Origin: Magallana gigas
Lineage: Eukaryota
Direction of reading: 5' to 3'
DNA: 64,000 nt
Assembly: GCF_963853765.1 (NCBI RefSeq)
Contig: NC_088855.1
Location: 48,670,001 to 48,734,000, forward strand
The notes under the pieces are model-generated. The model was not told where the DNA came from. It saw only the letters and a program-made list of their open reading frames with translations, and searched no databases. Below, piece by piece: positions 12,701 to 26,100 of the stretch. The position numbers and the translations under genes were made by a program. Within the stretch, counting starts at the first letter, position 1, and every line of letters starts with the position of its first letter.

Positions 12701-15561
12701 TCACAACTTTAGTCATACAGTGATATATAACTTGTTCTAGGTTCGCGGAGTGCCTGATTTCCATTCTGTTTATAAGTCTGGCATTCTTGTGGATTTTCCG
12801 AGATCCTCCCAATATCAAAGGTTGGGGAGATTTCTTTCCAAAAAGGTGAGTTCTTTTGCTCTATAATGTCATGAAATGATTATATTAAAACAGAACCGTA
12901 TACAGAATATATATATAGAATGTGTACAGATGTATGTGTCAGGAATGTTTCTAGAGGGCTGGGTGGTCATTTAAATTTTTTAAAAAAATTTAATCTCCTC
13001 TAAAAGAAAAGCTTGGTATAAAGATTGAAAAAATATTCCAATTTCAGATCTAAAATAATTAGGCCTATTTTTATACTAAACAGTAGTTAATGACTAAAGA
13101 AATCATATCTAAAATTTTAGATATACATGTATAACTATAATTTTTTTAAAATAAAGGTAGTGATGGTTAATTTGTGGATCACTCAGCATCCTTAAATATA
13201 TTTATCCTTTGAGATCAGCTATTCAGTTTAAACTTCGTTTGTTGGATATCGTATATGGGGTCAGTTTATGTCGTTACGGTATTTTACGTTGCAGATATGT
13301 GAGTGATTCCACACCAGTAATGATGATTGCTGTATTGTTGTTCGTTCTCCCTGCTAAAGTACCAGCAATATTTTGCGCAAGAAAAACAGGTATAGTATAT
13401 TAATCCTTTTATGTAAAGTAAAATGTTCGATGCCGCGCGAACTCTTCTTAACTTGGCTACATAAGTATAAAAAAAACAAAATTAGAAAAAAAAACAACCC
13501 GAAAACGTTCACTTAAATTGTCGTTTAATATTGGATATTAGTGGTTTCGATCTGAAATAATGATGAATAATCCATTGTTCTACGACTGAATACGCTCCTC
13601 TCTCCATTACCCTGGCTTGGACCTAAATATTCTAAAGGCCTCTACAATTAAATATTTTTACATATCCATTCTCTATACAACTATCGTACTTTTTGCTACA
13701 GATGGGGATCGCTACACACCTTTGCTTACCTGGGAGAAAACGGCCGAGAAAGTCCCGTGGGGAGTGATCGTCCTGCTTGGGGGTGGGTTCGCTCTCGCTC
13801 AGGCCAGTGGGGTATGATATAGATCTCTGAAATGTTAGCAAACTCATATTCAAATTCAACATCGAAGACCAATTTTGATACAGAAACATTATAACGAGAC
13901 ATTTTGAGATGGTTTTTTTAAAAAGTTTATGTTAGATGATAAAAGATAACTTTGGATCCGCTCATCTAGTAACATTGGAATAATCCTGACAATTCTATGA
14001 ATATCGGATTTGATACAAATATTGTTTAATCATTATATAAATCAGGTTGTTGGAATACTTGTAGCAAGGCGTTGTTATACATATAAACAAACATGTATGG
14101 TACACTAGAAATATACACACAAATAAGCATTAAGTGCCTGAAGAGTGTTGGTATGTGTTTGCTTATTCTATAATATATTCTATATATAAACATTGGCATT
14201 ACATTTTCCGTGAACTTGCTCTGCACATATCGATATTACGCTACAAGCACAAGTATCCGAGTAACCGATATACAATACCTAATTTCAACCTTTGTAGTGT
14301 CATTGAAAAAAGGAAATTCAATATAAAAAATTAATGATAGGTATAGAGAGAACAAGTGAACAATATACAATATACATACTTATTCGTAGTTATCTCTCTT
14401 GAAACATTCTCATTTCGTTGTAACGCAAAAGTCAATTCTAAGACATGGATTATTGTATATTTTCTTTCAATTAATCTAGCATTAAAATCTTGAATAGACA
14501 GGTGATTTAGAAAGAGATATATATTTTACCCTGTGATTCAGGTTATGCTTCAATCATTTTAATCAGTCAACTTTTTTCAGCATTGTTAATTTCCCGGTAA
14601 TTGTGACGCTTCTATAAAGTAGTTTCTATTTAGCAAATACGCCAGCTCATTTTGTCCTGTTACTGTAGCGTTCTGGCCTGTCAAAATGGTTTGGAGACAG
14701 CCTTGAGTTCTTCGCCAGTTACAATCCATTCGTGATGTGCTTGGTGGTTAGTTTGGTGGTTGCATCCGTCACAGAAGTCACTAGCAACACAGCAACAGCA
14801 ACGTTATTGATGCCAATATTGCAAGAATTGGTATTTATAATACATATTATATCAATATAAAATACCGGCGAAAGAAAAATCATCTTTTTTTTAAATAAAT
14901 ATTAAAAATATCAATATCAATGTAAAAGCCTTCCTCAATATACTTGATATACAGTCGATCGCCGCTGGAATGAACCCTATCTACCTGATGATGGCGGCCG
15001 CGGTGGCGTGCTCGTTTGCCTTTATGTTGCCCGTGGCAACCCCTCCAAGTGCCATTGTGTTTGCCCATGGATATCTTTCCATTCCCGACATGGTATGTAA
15101 TTAAATCATAACTTGATAGAATTATGTTACCGCAACAAGTTACATGTATATCAACTCCAACGTAAGAATTAAATAATTTAGTTGTTCTTAGGAATATGAA
15201 CATATTCAGAATATGAACATATACAGAAAATCAATATATTTAAAACAAAATGTCTACAAAATTCAGAAGTTTAAAAATGTCCCAATAGTTTAAAGTTCGA
15301 GTAGAGGCTTACCATTTTGTAACTGTTGGTGTTAAGTCTATGAACTATCTCTCGGATTTTTTTCAGGCCTCAGCAGGACTTGCCATGAACGTCATTGCTG
15401 TGTTCATCTTGACAGTCGGAATAAACACTTGGGGGAACCTGCTTTTTAACTTTGCCACCATTCCTGTGATTTTCCAAGAAATACTGAAAAACCAAACGCT
15501 GATTGGTCCAGTGATTGAACCAATAGAATCCATGTTTAATGTATCCAAACCTCTCGTGTGA
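6751..15561 (+). CDS. SLC13-family Na+/di-tricarboxylate (or sulfate) cotransporter, paralog A; 14 exons, ~632 aa: join(6751..6873,7466..7615,8542..8657,8759..8886,9141..9312,9779..9937,10191..10340,10472..10567,12741..12845,13295..13389,13702..13811,14669..14830,14955..15092,15367..15561)
   Basis: All introns are GT-AG with consistent phase, and exons sum to 1899 nt (open frame). Family motifs: [110 protein letters not shown]. The specific SLC13A member cannot be assigned without a phylogeny. Confidence 0.95.
8199..8495 (+). repeat. Degenerate ~39-bp tandem repeat (~8 copies) at the 3' end of SLC13-A intron 2
   Basis: Unit approx. catggtgtatctgtacatgatatggttgatgatatacac; starts at 8199, 8239 and 8278. 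Confidence 0.85.
10960..11959 (+). mobile_element. Helitron-like non-autonomous element carrying degenerate ~170-bp satellite monomers, in SLC13-A intron 8
   Basis: Subterminal inverted repeats gctcacctgagc (10964-10975) / gctcaggtgagc (11924-11935), a 5' cgtcgtcc tract, internal repeats gttcaaatc(a/c)tga(t/a)cccc, and a 3' end ...catcttgtt. The architecture matches described bivalve satellite-bearing Helitron-like elements. Confidence 0.8.
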
Positions 15562-16391
15562 TTGGTCGTCCGATTTTCTGAGAGTGAAGATGAACTCAAG
15601 GATGTACATAGCACTGTATTAACTACTGCTTCCATTACAGAGGGAAATTCAGGGACAATATCGTTTGCTCAAGCATTGGAGTTTGTGTGTTATTTGGTCA
15701 ACCTGTAGATGTGTCTGTTACTATGGCAACCACATATTCGAATAATGTATGATCGGTCGTACAATTAAAACCCTTATTTTAATTCCAATGACATGTCTCG
15801 TTTTTTGAGACATGCTTTAAAAATTTAAAAAAAATATTGTGTGGCAATTATCATATCAGCTATATTATATTTGATATTCACACGGGTTTTTAAGTTGGCT
15901 GGAATCCTACTACTTCAGCTATTAATGATATGATGATATCAATGATTGTTTTACTGAAATTACTTGTAGCGACATACACACGCCTGTCTGATAACCACAT
16001 TGTCGGTGAGATAATTGGAGCATCATTTAATGATGAATTTTACAAGTATCAAATTTACAATGTAACTACAGTTTAAGTTCCTTGTAATTTTAGAATGATT
16101 TATAAAAATCTGAATTACTAGCTACGTACAGTGATGAGAATTTACACAGAACAACGATTTTTATGTTTGAAATAGTATTATAGCAACTTTTACTTTATCA
16201 ATGACTGTACTGCCCACTTTTACCCAAGAACATAAAACCGCATTTTTGTCTCAGTATCATAAAAATTAAAGGCGATGGTTTCTAAAATTTGTTTGTGATT
16301 TTTAAAGCAGAGCTGATTCAATATTCAGTAACTGATATAAATTGTATTTAAACATCCACAGTATGGAATAATCCTGAAATATACTCCTCGC

Positions 16392-16916
16392 GGCATGGTC
16401 ACGATTTTGGTCAAAAATTATTTTTGCGATTTTAATGTTTACAATGCTGTAGTAATGTTTTTTAAACAGGCAACCAAAATTTGAGTGTCATTTGATGAAT
16501 TATAAGCGAGTTACAGAGCCTAAAATTCTTCGCTATGTACATAAAGCTTTTGTTTACAATTTAAATGTTGAAGTGGAAATTCCAATTTTAGACCTAAAAT
16601 GAATGTGTTAAACGTTAGAAACTGTTTCTTATGCTTAAATGAATCAGAGAATAGACAAATCAGCTTGAAAAAGATAAAAATTTTTAGTGGTATATTAATT
16701 GAACCTACGTTTAAAAAAACAGGGCACGAGCCTTGTTTACAAGACAAAGAACTGTGAGCCCTGGATCTTGCTTATACTCTACGACTGACCCTCATATTTT
16801 ATTTGATTATTAGAAGTGCATTCCTAAAGCATTGTAAATACTAAAATCTAAAAAAAAAAAATCCAAAAAATAAAATAAAATAGAAATTGACGAAAATCGT
16901 GACCATGCCACTTTAA
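16392..16916. mobile_element. Kolobok-like MITE
   Basis: TIRs ggcatggtcacgattttggtcaa / ttgacgaaaatcgtgaccatgcc. The right end reads ...cact|TTAA; the left TTAA is not preserved. Confidence 0.7.
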
Positions 16917-19900
16917 AAAACAGAGAGCATGGACGGACGAAAAACTTTAGGCACTTCCGTCTAGATCTGTGTATTTTCTTTAATTTCCGAATACTTTCAA
17001 TGATTTAAAATTCATCGTCATAACATACTGTTTGATATACATGTATGTAAACAACAAATTAAGTTGAGGTTTGTTCAACAAAGGATGACTGTACTTAGCG
17101 CCGGGTTTTGGGCCCTTTTCGGTCGCTTCTGTTGCGTTTATTTCGTAACCTAATATCACTTTTGTTAAACTTTCTAGAGTCTAGTCAATTTCCAACATGA
17201 ATTAAGATTTTAGACTATAATACAATGATCTCATTTTGTTTTTCTCCTTACAATTTTCGAAAAAAGAAAATTTTCTTTCGCTTATCTGCCCTTGGTCGAA
17301 CATAAGATTGCCATCAATATGCATGAGAAGTGGAGCTGACATTATCATAATTGTACTAATATTAGACTAGCATGAATTACAATGCCATGTATAAACATTA
17401 ATGTGATCACTCTTTCACCATAACCCTGTTTATTCTATATGGTACAAGTATACTATTTACTATGGTTTCAACAATTAGACCACGACCATGTAAGTACAGA
17501 AGACTTTAAATCAATGCTCGAGAACGTGTTCAAAAACATTGTCCTAGTTAGTATACAACACGCTACATTACAGGTCCCGTGATAGAATTTTGTATTCACA
17601 AACTTACCTGAGGTGAGTAATCACGTGGTGAATTATAATATTCAACATGCATCAACCCTAATTGGTTACAACAGAAAAAGCGGAAGTAAAAAAAACAACA
17701 ACAAAACAGTGTTTTCTCATTTAAACCATGAGCGCATGTTTGTCTATTAATCTCTCGTTGACATAACTTTGATAATGCAAATATACAACTACTGTTAAAC
17801 GGAGAACAATAGACAAACATGCGCTGACTATGTATGAAGTCAGTATAAAAGGGGGCGTCCTCATTATCCTATGGAGATTCAAGAAATCGTGATAACCCCC
17901 GCCTATGAAAACAAATTCCTTATATTATGCGAGTACTTAATTCCGCGATCCTGCTGTTTTGTATCAAATCGCGAGAATACCAGAATATAATCGCAAAAGC
18001 GGAATATTTAGGCAAATATTTATCCATATTTCATATAGCTCCCGACTCTCAGAAAATGATGGCGAGGTTTTAAAATCTACGAGGGGTGCTCTTCGCGATT
18101 TTGCGCGGAAATAAATTTCTCGCAACATACTTTTATTTAATACAATTACGTAAAGTTGCAGTTTAAATGTTGACCATTTCTACAATTGAAAGAAAAAATC
18201 TTTTAAAAGTTTATTTTCTCGCAAATATCGCATGTCCTTAAGTGCAGTCATTCTTTAGAAGTTTTAACTTTGAGTTTCGGAGTTTGGAATTTTTGATTTG
18301 CGTATTTTTGACGCTTCAAGTGCTCACCGTCTTGTCCGACGTTATAGATCAAAATCGCTGAAATTCAGTGTATGAATGTACTTTGCTTTCCAATCTCATT
18401 CTTTTTATTAGCATAAACTTTGAAGTGCGCTTTACATTTCATGTGATTTTATACATAAATAGATCAATAGTAAAGATTAACTACTATATACATGTACCCT
18501 AAAATTTAAACAAATCGTACTATGTAAATTTCTTTTTTAATTTTTTGGATTATATATTTTTTATCAAAATATGTTTACTTTTCACCAGTTCGAAGAGCCA
18601 TTTTAAATTAATTTCTTTTATGAATTGTTTCAAAATAATCAAGAATTTAAAAAAATACTCTGCTATATTTATATGTTGGTCTTTGTTTTAATTGATGCGA
18701 GTTGATACATTCAGTTGCAAGTTTGTAACAAATTGTTAGGTTTTTTTTTCATTTTTGTTATCATATAATAACTTGACAACATTTTATCTATTTTGATTTT
18801 TAGGCTTCATATCTTTTATAAGGCGAAAGGCCAAGACGGGATATTGAATGACAAAAATATATGTGTGATTTTTACGGTGGTTTTGTTTGAATTTATTTTC
18901 GTGAATTATAGTACATCACGTCTAGAAATGCATGAACAATTAAAAAATACGTTATTAAGTCATCTGTGATATTGCAATACACGTGCGTTTTCTTTCTACG
19001 TTTATATTTGGGTTTTCCATGAAATCATTCATTTGAGGCTTATAAAACATAAAAAGTCACATAAATCTGTCAGTCCAATATTTTTCTTACCTGTGTTTAA
19101 TCTAGGTAAAGGACGTAAAGTGCGACTACTGATACAAGTAAACCATTGATAATGAGACTTAAATATATCTACCAACTTTCTTTACAAAATAATCGCAAAT
19201 CACCAGTAATTATCGCATGTTAAGGTTTCGAAGTATTGTTCCATTTTTTCGTGTAGGGTACTGAAATAACGGGACAATGTGTAATTTACCATGTTTTATA
19301 TACATGTACTTAATGTATGTTATATTTTAATTGACATATAATTTGTACTCTCAGTACATATTTTCAGTATACATGTACTTACATTTGTGCGAATATGTGC
19401 CAATTTACATACAAAATTTATATAGGCTTATGATTATTATATGCTTAAAGTTCGAAGCATTAATATTTTTGCTTAATAATTTTATATTGCAGAAGTAATA
19501 TTTACCGAAGCATACATTTATTTGAAACAGGAATTTTTGAATTATGATAACTTAAATTTGAAAAAAATGTCCTGCAAATATCTGATTAATGCAAAGGCAT
19601 ACTTTCATTTTAACATACATTCATATGATGGAAATGGCACTACAGATGAAAGAGCATTTTTCTGCTTTAAAATGTAAAATGCAACCTCTCCTAGAACACG
19701 AAATCAAATCAAATTGGTAAATGGTTCCACCTCGATATCTCAATCTTGCTTGTGTACTTCTTGTTTAAAATATCCTACATGTCAAATATGTCGTTATGAT
19801 ACGAAATATGCTGTTCTGCTATTGGAGCGTGTATCAATTATTTATTGATGCAGAAATCAAAGGATGTCCTCTTGTAAGGATATTTTATAATGGAATATAT

Positions 19901-20117
19901 ATATCGCATTTACGATAAACAGCTAATTTTGCCTTCACAATTTTTTAAATCAAAAGGTGTCGGTACACACCTTTAACCTAAAAGCGCCGACAACTAGATA
20001 AATATCACAACTTAAAGTACCACAGCAATTAGGATATGGAAATGAACATCGATTCTAGTGACAAAAATGACAGATGAATATCAACATCCATTAGAAATCT
20101 GTGCGGTCACGCTCCGC

Positions 20118-20139
20118 TTAAGGGGTCATTAAGGGGTCA
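20118..20139 (+). promoter_or_regulatory. Candidate nuclear-receptor DR5 element (GGGTCA-ttaag-GGGTCA) upstream of SLC13-B
   Basis: (ttaaggggtca)2, 55-76 nt before the ATG at 20194, with an extra CGGTCA at 20104-20109. Function is inferred only. Confidence 0.4.
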
Positions 20140-20193
20140 CTGATTGCATGTCTATTAAATGTATCATGAGCTCAACAGACGAGACGGATTGAA

Positions 20194-23100
20194 ATGTCGA
20201 GGAGAAACTGTTTACGCGTCCTGAAAAATCTTCTGGCTATACGCACGCTGTTTTTGGTGCCAATCGCTTTCCTTGCTCCACTGAAAATCTTGGAGGACGG
20301 CGAACCAGTAAGTTAACATTTTTATGGTAAAAAACTAATCACTTCAAAGGAAAAAAAAACCTTGTATGTATTTGTGAAAAGAAGATAATGTCAATTTACC
20401 TATGAACAATTAGGATTTTTTTTTGCAGGAGTGTGCAACATTGTTTTGCACACAGTGTGCTGTAATGACATTTAAAACCATAAGACGATTAATGTTTTTA
20501 AGAGTAAATGGCCACTTGCCGTTTTTATTTTTCTCATAACGAAAAATATGCCTATAGTAAGGCGAGGGAATATCTTTTTTAATTTTGAGAAAAAAAATAT
20601 AAAACTAGGTGCCTGTGAAAATTGCATAGGATTCGCTGTTGACAGCGTCTTAACTGTACTGATATGCTCTATATGATCAATAATCTTTCATGGATTATTG
20701 CTGAAAATATCATCTTACTCTTTCCTTCTCTAATTACTCTTTCCTTTAATTCGTAAGGAAATACAGGTACTCCGACTTTATTCCTATCCACACAACAAAA
20801 CCGCTATAGAAACTTCCTTTTAACTCCAAAACGTGTGTGGGGTAGATATTTGTCTGGGTAATAAATTTCATCTGAAAAAGAAAACAACTTAACAAGATAT
20901 GATGCGTTAAACAGAACACACAAAAATATTAACAGTATGAGTATAAGGAGCCATATTAACATTTTACCTTTTCTTTAGGGTTAGTCAATATTTTTGAAGT
21001 TATCTATAGAAAGAAGAAGAAAAGAAATTCGAATTTTTTTTACAGGTGATAAGGTTTTACCTGTGCAGCAAACTCGTCAAATGCACACAGGGGAGTAAAT
21101 AATATTATTTTGTCACAAAATCTAGGTCGCCTTCGTAAACCTTCTTTGATAACGTCTCGATAAAACCTTGAAATTTACCATCCCAAAGCAAGGTTTATTT
21201 CAAAATATTTACCTGGTAGCTCTGGGGTAACCCTTCTTCATACTAGTACATTGCTCTTTGTCTCAGTAATATCACGAAATCACACTTCAAATTTGGACAA
21301 TTCAACGTTGTTGCGAGTTTGAAATAGCTACATGTATAAGTTTGCAAAACAATATTTCAAAAGTTTGTACTGGTCATAAAACCAATTCATTAGCTTAAAG
21401 AATAATGATACACTCCTAGGAAGAGCATTACCTAGTCTTCACTGTCTCAAATGATTCAAACCCTGACTCTGGTGTACATAAACTTTTCACATTGACGAAA
21501 ACATTATAACGTTGTTTCGCATGATACATCCGGGTTAGTTGGGGTCTAACAAAATCCAGAAAACGACGTACCAAACAAAAGAGGGATATTTGTCAAATGA
21601 ACACATACTTTTTGAATACTATAACGGTTGCTGTTTTATTTAATTTGCAGGAGTCGCGATGCGCCTATGTGCTGGTGGTGATGGCCATTTTATGGCTGAC
21701 GGAGGCCCTTCCTATCCCCGTCACGGCACTAATGCCGGTGTTCCTCATGCCCATGCTTGGGTTGCTGCCGGGACCGACGATCTGCGCCGCTTACGTCAAT
21801 GTGAGTGTCCTCCCTCTCCACGCATTGGTTATTTGTTTTTATCAATTCATTAAAGGATCTAACTTGGAAATCACCGATATATACCTAAGATTACAAGAAG
21901 TCCTCAATTTCGGAATAGATAATTAGCTGTAGGCTATAGTTGCTCAGATTTATTTTTGGCTTTTACTTCTGCATGCATTTGTACTTTTAAGAACGAAACA
22001 CATACGAATGTGTCATTGTATTTTGATTTGATAAAGCGCAGATGTATAATGATGTCAGTATCCTATATAGGGGTCCTATCTCATGCGTATATAAGGATCT
22101 TTATTAATTGATAAAAAGAAATACTCCTACAATCATTGTTCTTTTGATTTTCTTTGGTTTTGGTAAAAATACTTTTTGACCAAGATGCATATAAAAAATA
22201 GGCTACAAGTCCCCATTCCTTTGCCAGAAGCTTACTTACTGGTGAAGCAATACTTTTTTTTTTAATCCAAGATATTCACAAACAAATACAGCTGTGAGAA
22301 TCGATGACAGCCTTAATCCGCGGGCAAAGACAACTAAACACGACCGTTTAAACTAGATTTTTCACAAGGTTACGAACATTTAATTAACCATATGTGTGCA
22401 ATCAACAAACACTGGCGTTTAATCATTGGGTGAGATTTTAGTTCATGTAACGATTTCACAGCTATAAGTCGTAATATGACTTAGCATTCACAGTATTTGA
22501 TTACAAATAGAAATGCGACCATGATCTTCACCCAATAACGTTAGATCGCGCTCATCGCACCGTTTTTATCGTGTGTTGATTGTACTAAACATTGATTGTA
22601 CTAAAATGATCTTGAGTTTCTTAAATCAAAGTTACAAATCAAAAAGTACCAAGGTACTACTTACATTGCTATTTCTGTATATTGTAGGATAATTTGCTAT
22701 TCCTCATACTGTACGACACCTTGCTAATCCTGTGTATAAAGAAATCTTACTATTCCTGTATATTGTAGGATATCTTGCTATTCCTGAATATTGTAGGATA
22801 ATTTGCTTTTTCTGAATATTGTAGGATACCTTGCTATTCCTGTAAATTGAAAGATGCCTTGCTAATCCTGTATATTGTACGATACCCTGCTAATCCTGTA
22901 TATTGTAGGACGCCTTGTTGTTCATGTATATTGTAGGGCGACTTGCTAATCCTGTATATTGTAGGAAGCCTTGCTATTCATGTATATTGTAGGACGTCTT
23001 GCTAATCCTGTGTATTGTAGGAAGCCTTGCTAGTGTTTAATACCTTGTTACTCTTGCTTATTGTAGGGAACCTCCATGTTTATGTGTCTATATTTGTACG

Positions 23101-26100
23101 TTGTTATTTCTGTATATTGTAGGACACCTCCATGTATAATGTTTCTATATTTGTACTTTGCTATTTCTGTATATTGTAGGACACCTCCACGTATAATGTT
23201 TCTATATTTGTACTTTGCTATTTCTGTATATTGTAGGACACCTCCACGTATATTGTTTCTATATTTGTACTTTGCTATTTCTGTATATTGTAGGACACCT
23301 CCACGTATAATGTGTCTATATTTGTACGTTGTTATTCCTGTATATTGTAGGACACCTCCACGTATAATGTTTCTATATTTGTACTTTGCTATTTCTGTAT
23401 ATTGTAGGACACCTCCACGTATAATGTGTCTATATTTGTACGTTGTTATTCCTGTATATTGTAGGACACCTCCACGTATATTGTGTCTATATTTGTACTT
23501 TGCTATTTCTGTATATTGTAGGACACCTCCACGTATATTGTGTCTATATTTGTACTTTGCTATTTCTGTATATTGTAGGACACCTCCACGTATAATGTTT
23601 CTATATTTGTACTTTGCTATTTCTGTATATTGTAGGACACCTCCACGTATAATGTGTCTATATTTGTACGTTGTTATTCCTGTATATTGTAGGACACCTC
23701 CACGTATATTGTGTCTATATTTGTACGTTGTTATTCCTGTATATTGTAGGACACCTCCATGTATAATGTTTCTATATTTGTACTTTGCTATTCCTGTATA
23801 TTGTAGGACACCTCCACGTATATTGTGTCTATATTTGTACGTTGTTATTCCTGTATATTGTAGGACACCTCCACGTATATTGTGTCTATATTTGTACGTT
23901 GTTATTCCTGTATATTGTAGGACACCTCCACGTATATTGTGTCTATATTTGTACGTTGTTATTCCTGTATATTGTAGGACACCTCCACGTATAATGTGTC
24001 TATATTTGTACTTTGCTATTCCTGTATATTGTAGGACACCTCCACGTATATTGTGTCTATATTTGTACGTTGTTATTCCTGTATATTGTAGGACACCTCC
24101 ACGTATATTGTGTCTATATGTGTACGTTGTTATTCCTGTATATTGTAGGACACCTCCATGTATAATGTTTCTATATCTGTACGTTGTTATTCCTGTATAT
24201 TGTAGGACACCTCCATGTATAATGTGTCTATATTTGTACGTTGTTATTCCTGTATATTGTAGGACACCTCCACGTATATTGTGTCTATATTTGTACGTTG
24301 TTATTCCTGTATATTGTAGGACACCTCCACGTATATTGTGTCTATATTTGTACGTTGTTATTCCTGTATATTGTAGGACACCTCCACGTATATTGTGTCT
24401 ATATTTGTACGTTGTTATTCCTGTATATTGTAGGACACCTCCACGTATATTGTGTCTATATTTGTACGTTGTTATTCCTGTATATTGTAGGACACCTCCA
24501 CGTATATTGTGTCTATATTTGTACTTTGCTATTTCTGTATATTGTAGGACACCTCCACGTATAATGTTTCTATATTTGTACTTTGCTATTTCTGTATATT
24601 GTAGGACACCTCCACGTATAATGTGTCTATATTTGTACGTTGTTATTCCTGTATATTGTAGGACACCTCCACGTATATTGTGTCTATATTTGTACGTTGT
24701 TATTCCTGTATATTGTAGGACACCTCCACGTATATTGTGTCTATATTTGTACGTTGTTATTCCTGTATATTGTAGGACACCTCCATGTATAATGTTTCTA
24801 TATTTGTACTTTGCTATTCCTGTATATTGTAGGACACCTCCACGTATATTGTGTCTATATTTGTACGTTGTTATTCCTGTATATTGTAGGACACCTCCAC
24901 GTATATTGTGTCTATATTTGTACGTTGTTATTCCTGTATATTGTAGGACACCTCCACGTATATTGTGTCTATATTTGTACGTTGTTATTCCTGTATATTG
25001 TAGGACACCTCCACGTATAATGTGTCTATATTTGTACTTTGCTATTCCTGTATATTGTAGGACACCTCCACGTATATTGTGTCTATATTTGTACGTTGTT
25101 ATTCCTGTATATTGTAGGACACCTCCACGTATATTGTGTCTATATGTGTACGTTGTTATTCCTGTATATTGTAGGACACCTCCATGTATAATGTGTCTAT
25201 ATCTGTACGTTGTTATTCCTGTATATTGTAGGACACCTCCATGTATAATGTGTCTATATTTGTACGTTGTTATTCCTGTATATTGTAGGACACCTCCACG
25301 TATATTGTGTCTATATTTGTACGTTGTTATTCCTGTATATTGTAGGACACCTCCACGTATATTGTGTCTATATTTGTACGTTGTTATTCCTGTATATTGT
25401 AGGACACCTCCACGTATATTGTGTCTATATTTGTACGTTGTTATTCCTGTATATTGTAGGACACCTCCACGTATATTGTGTCTATATTTGTACGTTGTTA
25501 TTCCTGTATATTGTAGGACACCTCCACGTATATTGTGTCTATATTTGTACGTTGTTATTCCTGTATATTGTAGGACACCTCCACGTATATTGTGTCTATA
25601 TTTGTACGTTGTTATTCCTGTATATTGTAGGACACCTCCATGTATAATGTTTCTATATCTGTACGTTGTTATTCCTGTATATTGTAGGACACCTCCACGT
25701 ATATTGTGTCTATATTTGTACGTTGTTATTCCTGTATATTGTAGGACACCTCCATGTATAATGTTTCTATATCTGTACGTTGTTATTCCTGTATATTGTA
25801 GGACACCTCCACGTATATTGTGTCTATATTTGTACGTTGTTATTCCTGTATATTGTAGGACACCTCCACGTATATTGTGTCTATATTTGTACGTTGTTAT
25901 TCCTGTATATTGTAGGACACCTCCATGTATAATGTTTCTATATCTGTACGTTGTTATTCCTGTATATTGTAGGACACCTCCACGTATATTGTGTCTATAT
26001 TTGTACGTTGTTATTCCTGTATATTGTAGGACACCTCCACGTATATTGTGTCTATATCTGTACGTTGTTATTCCTGTATATTGTAGGACACCTCCACGTA

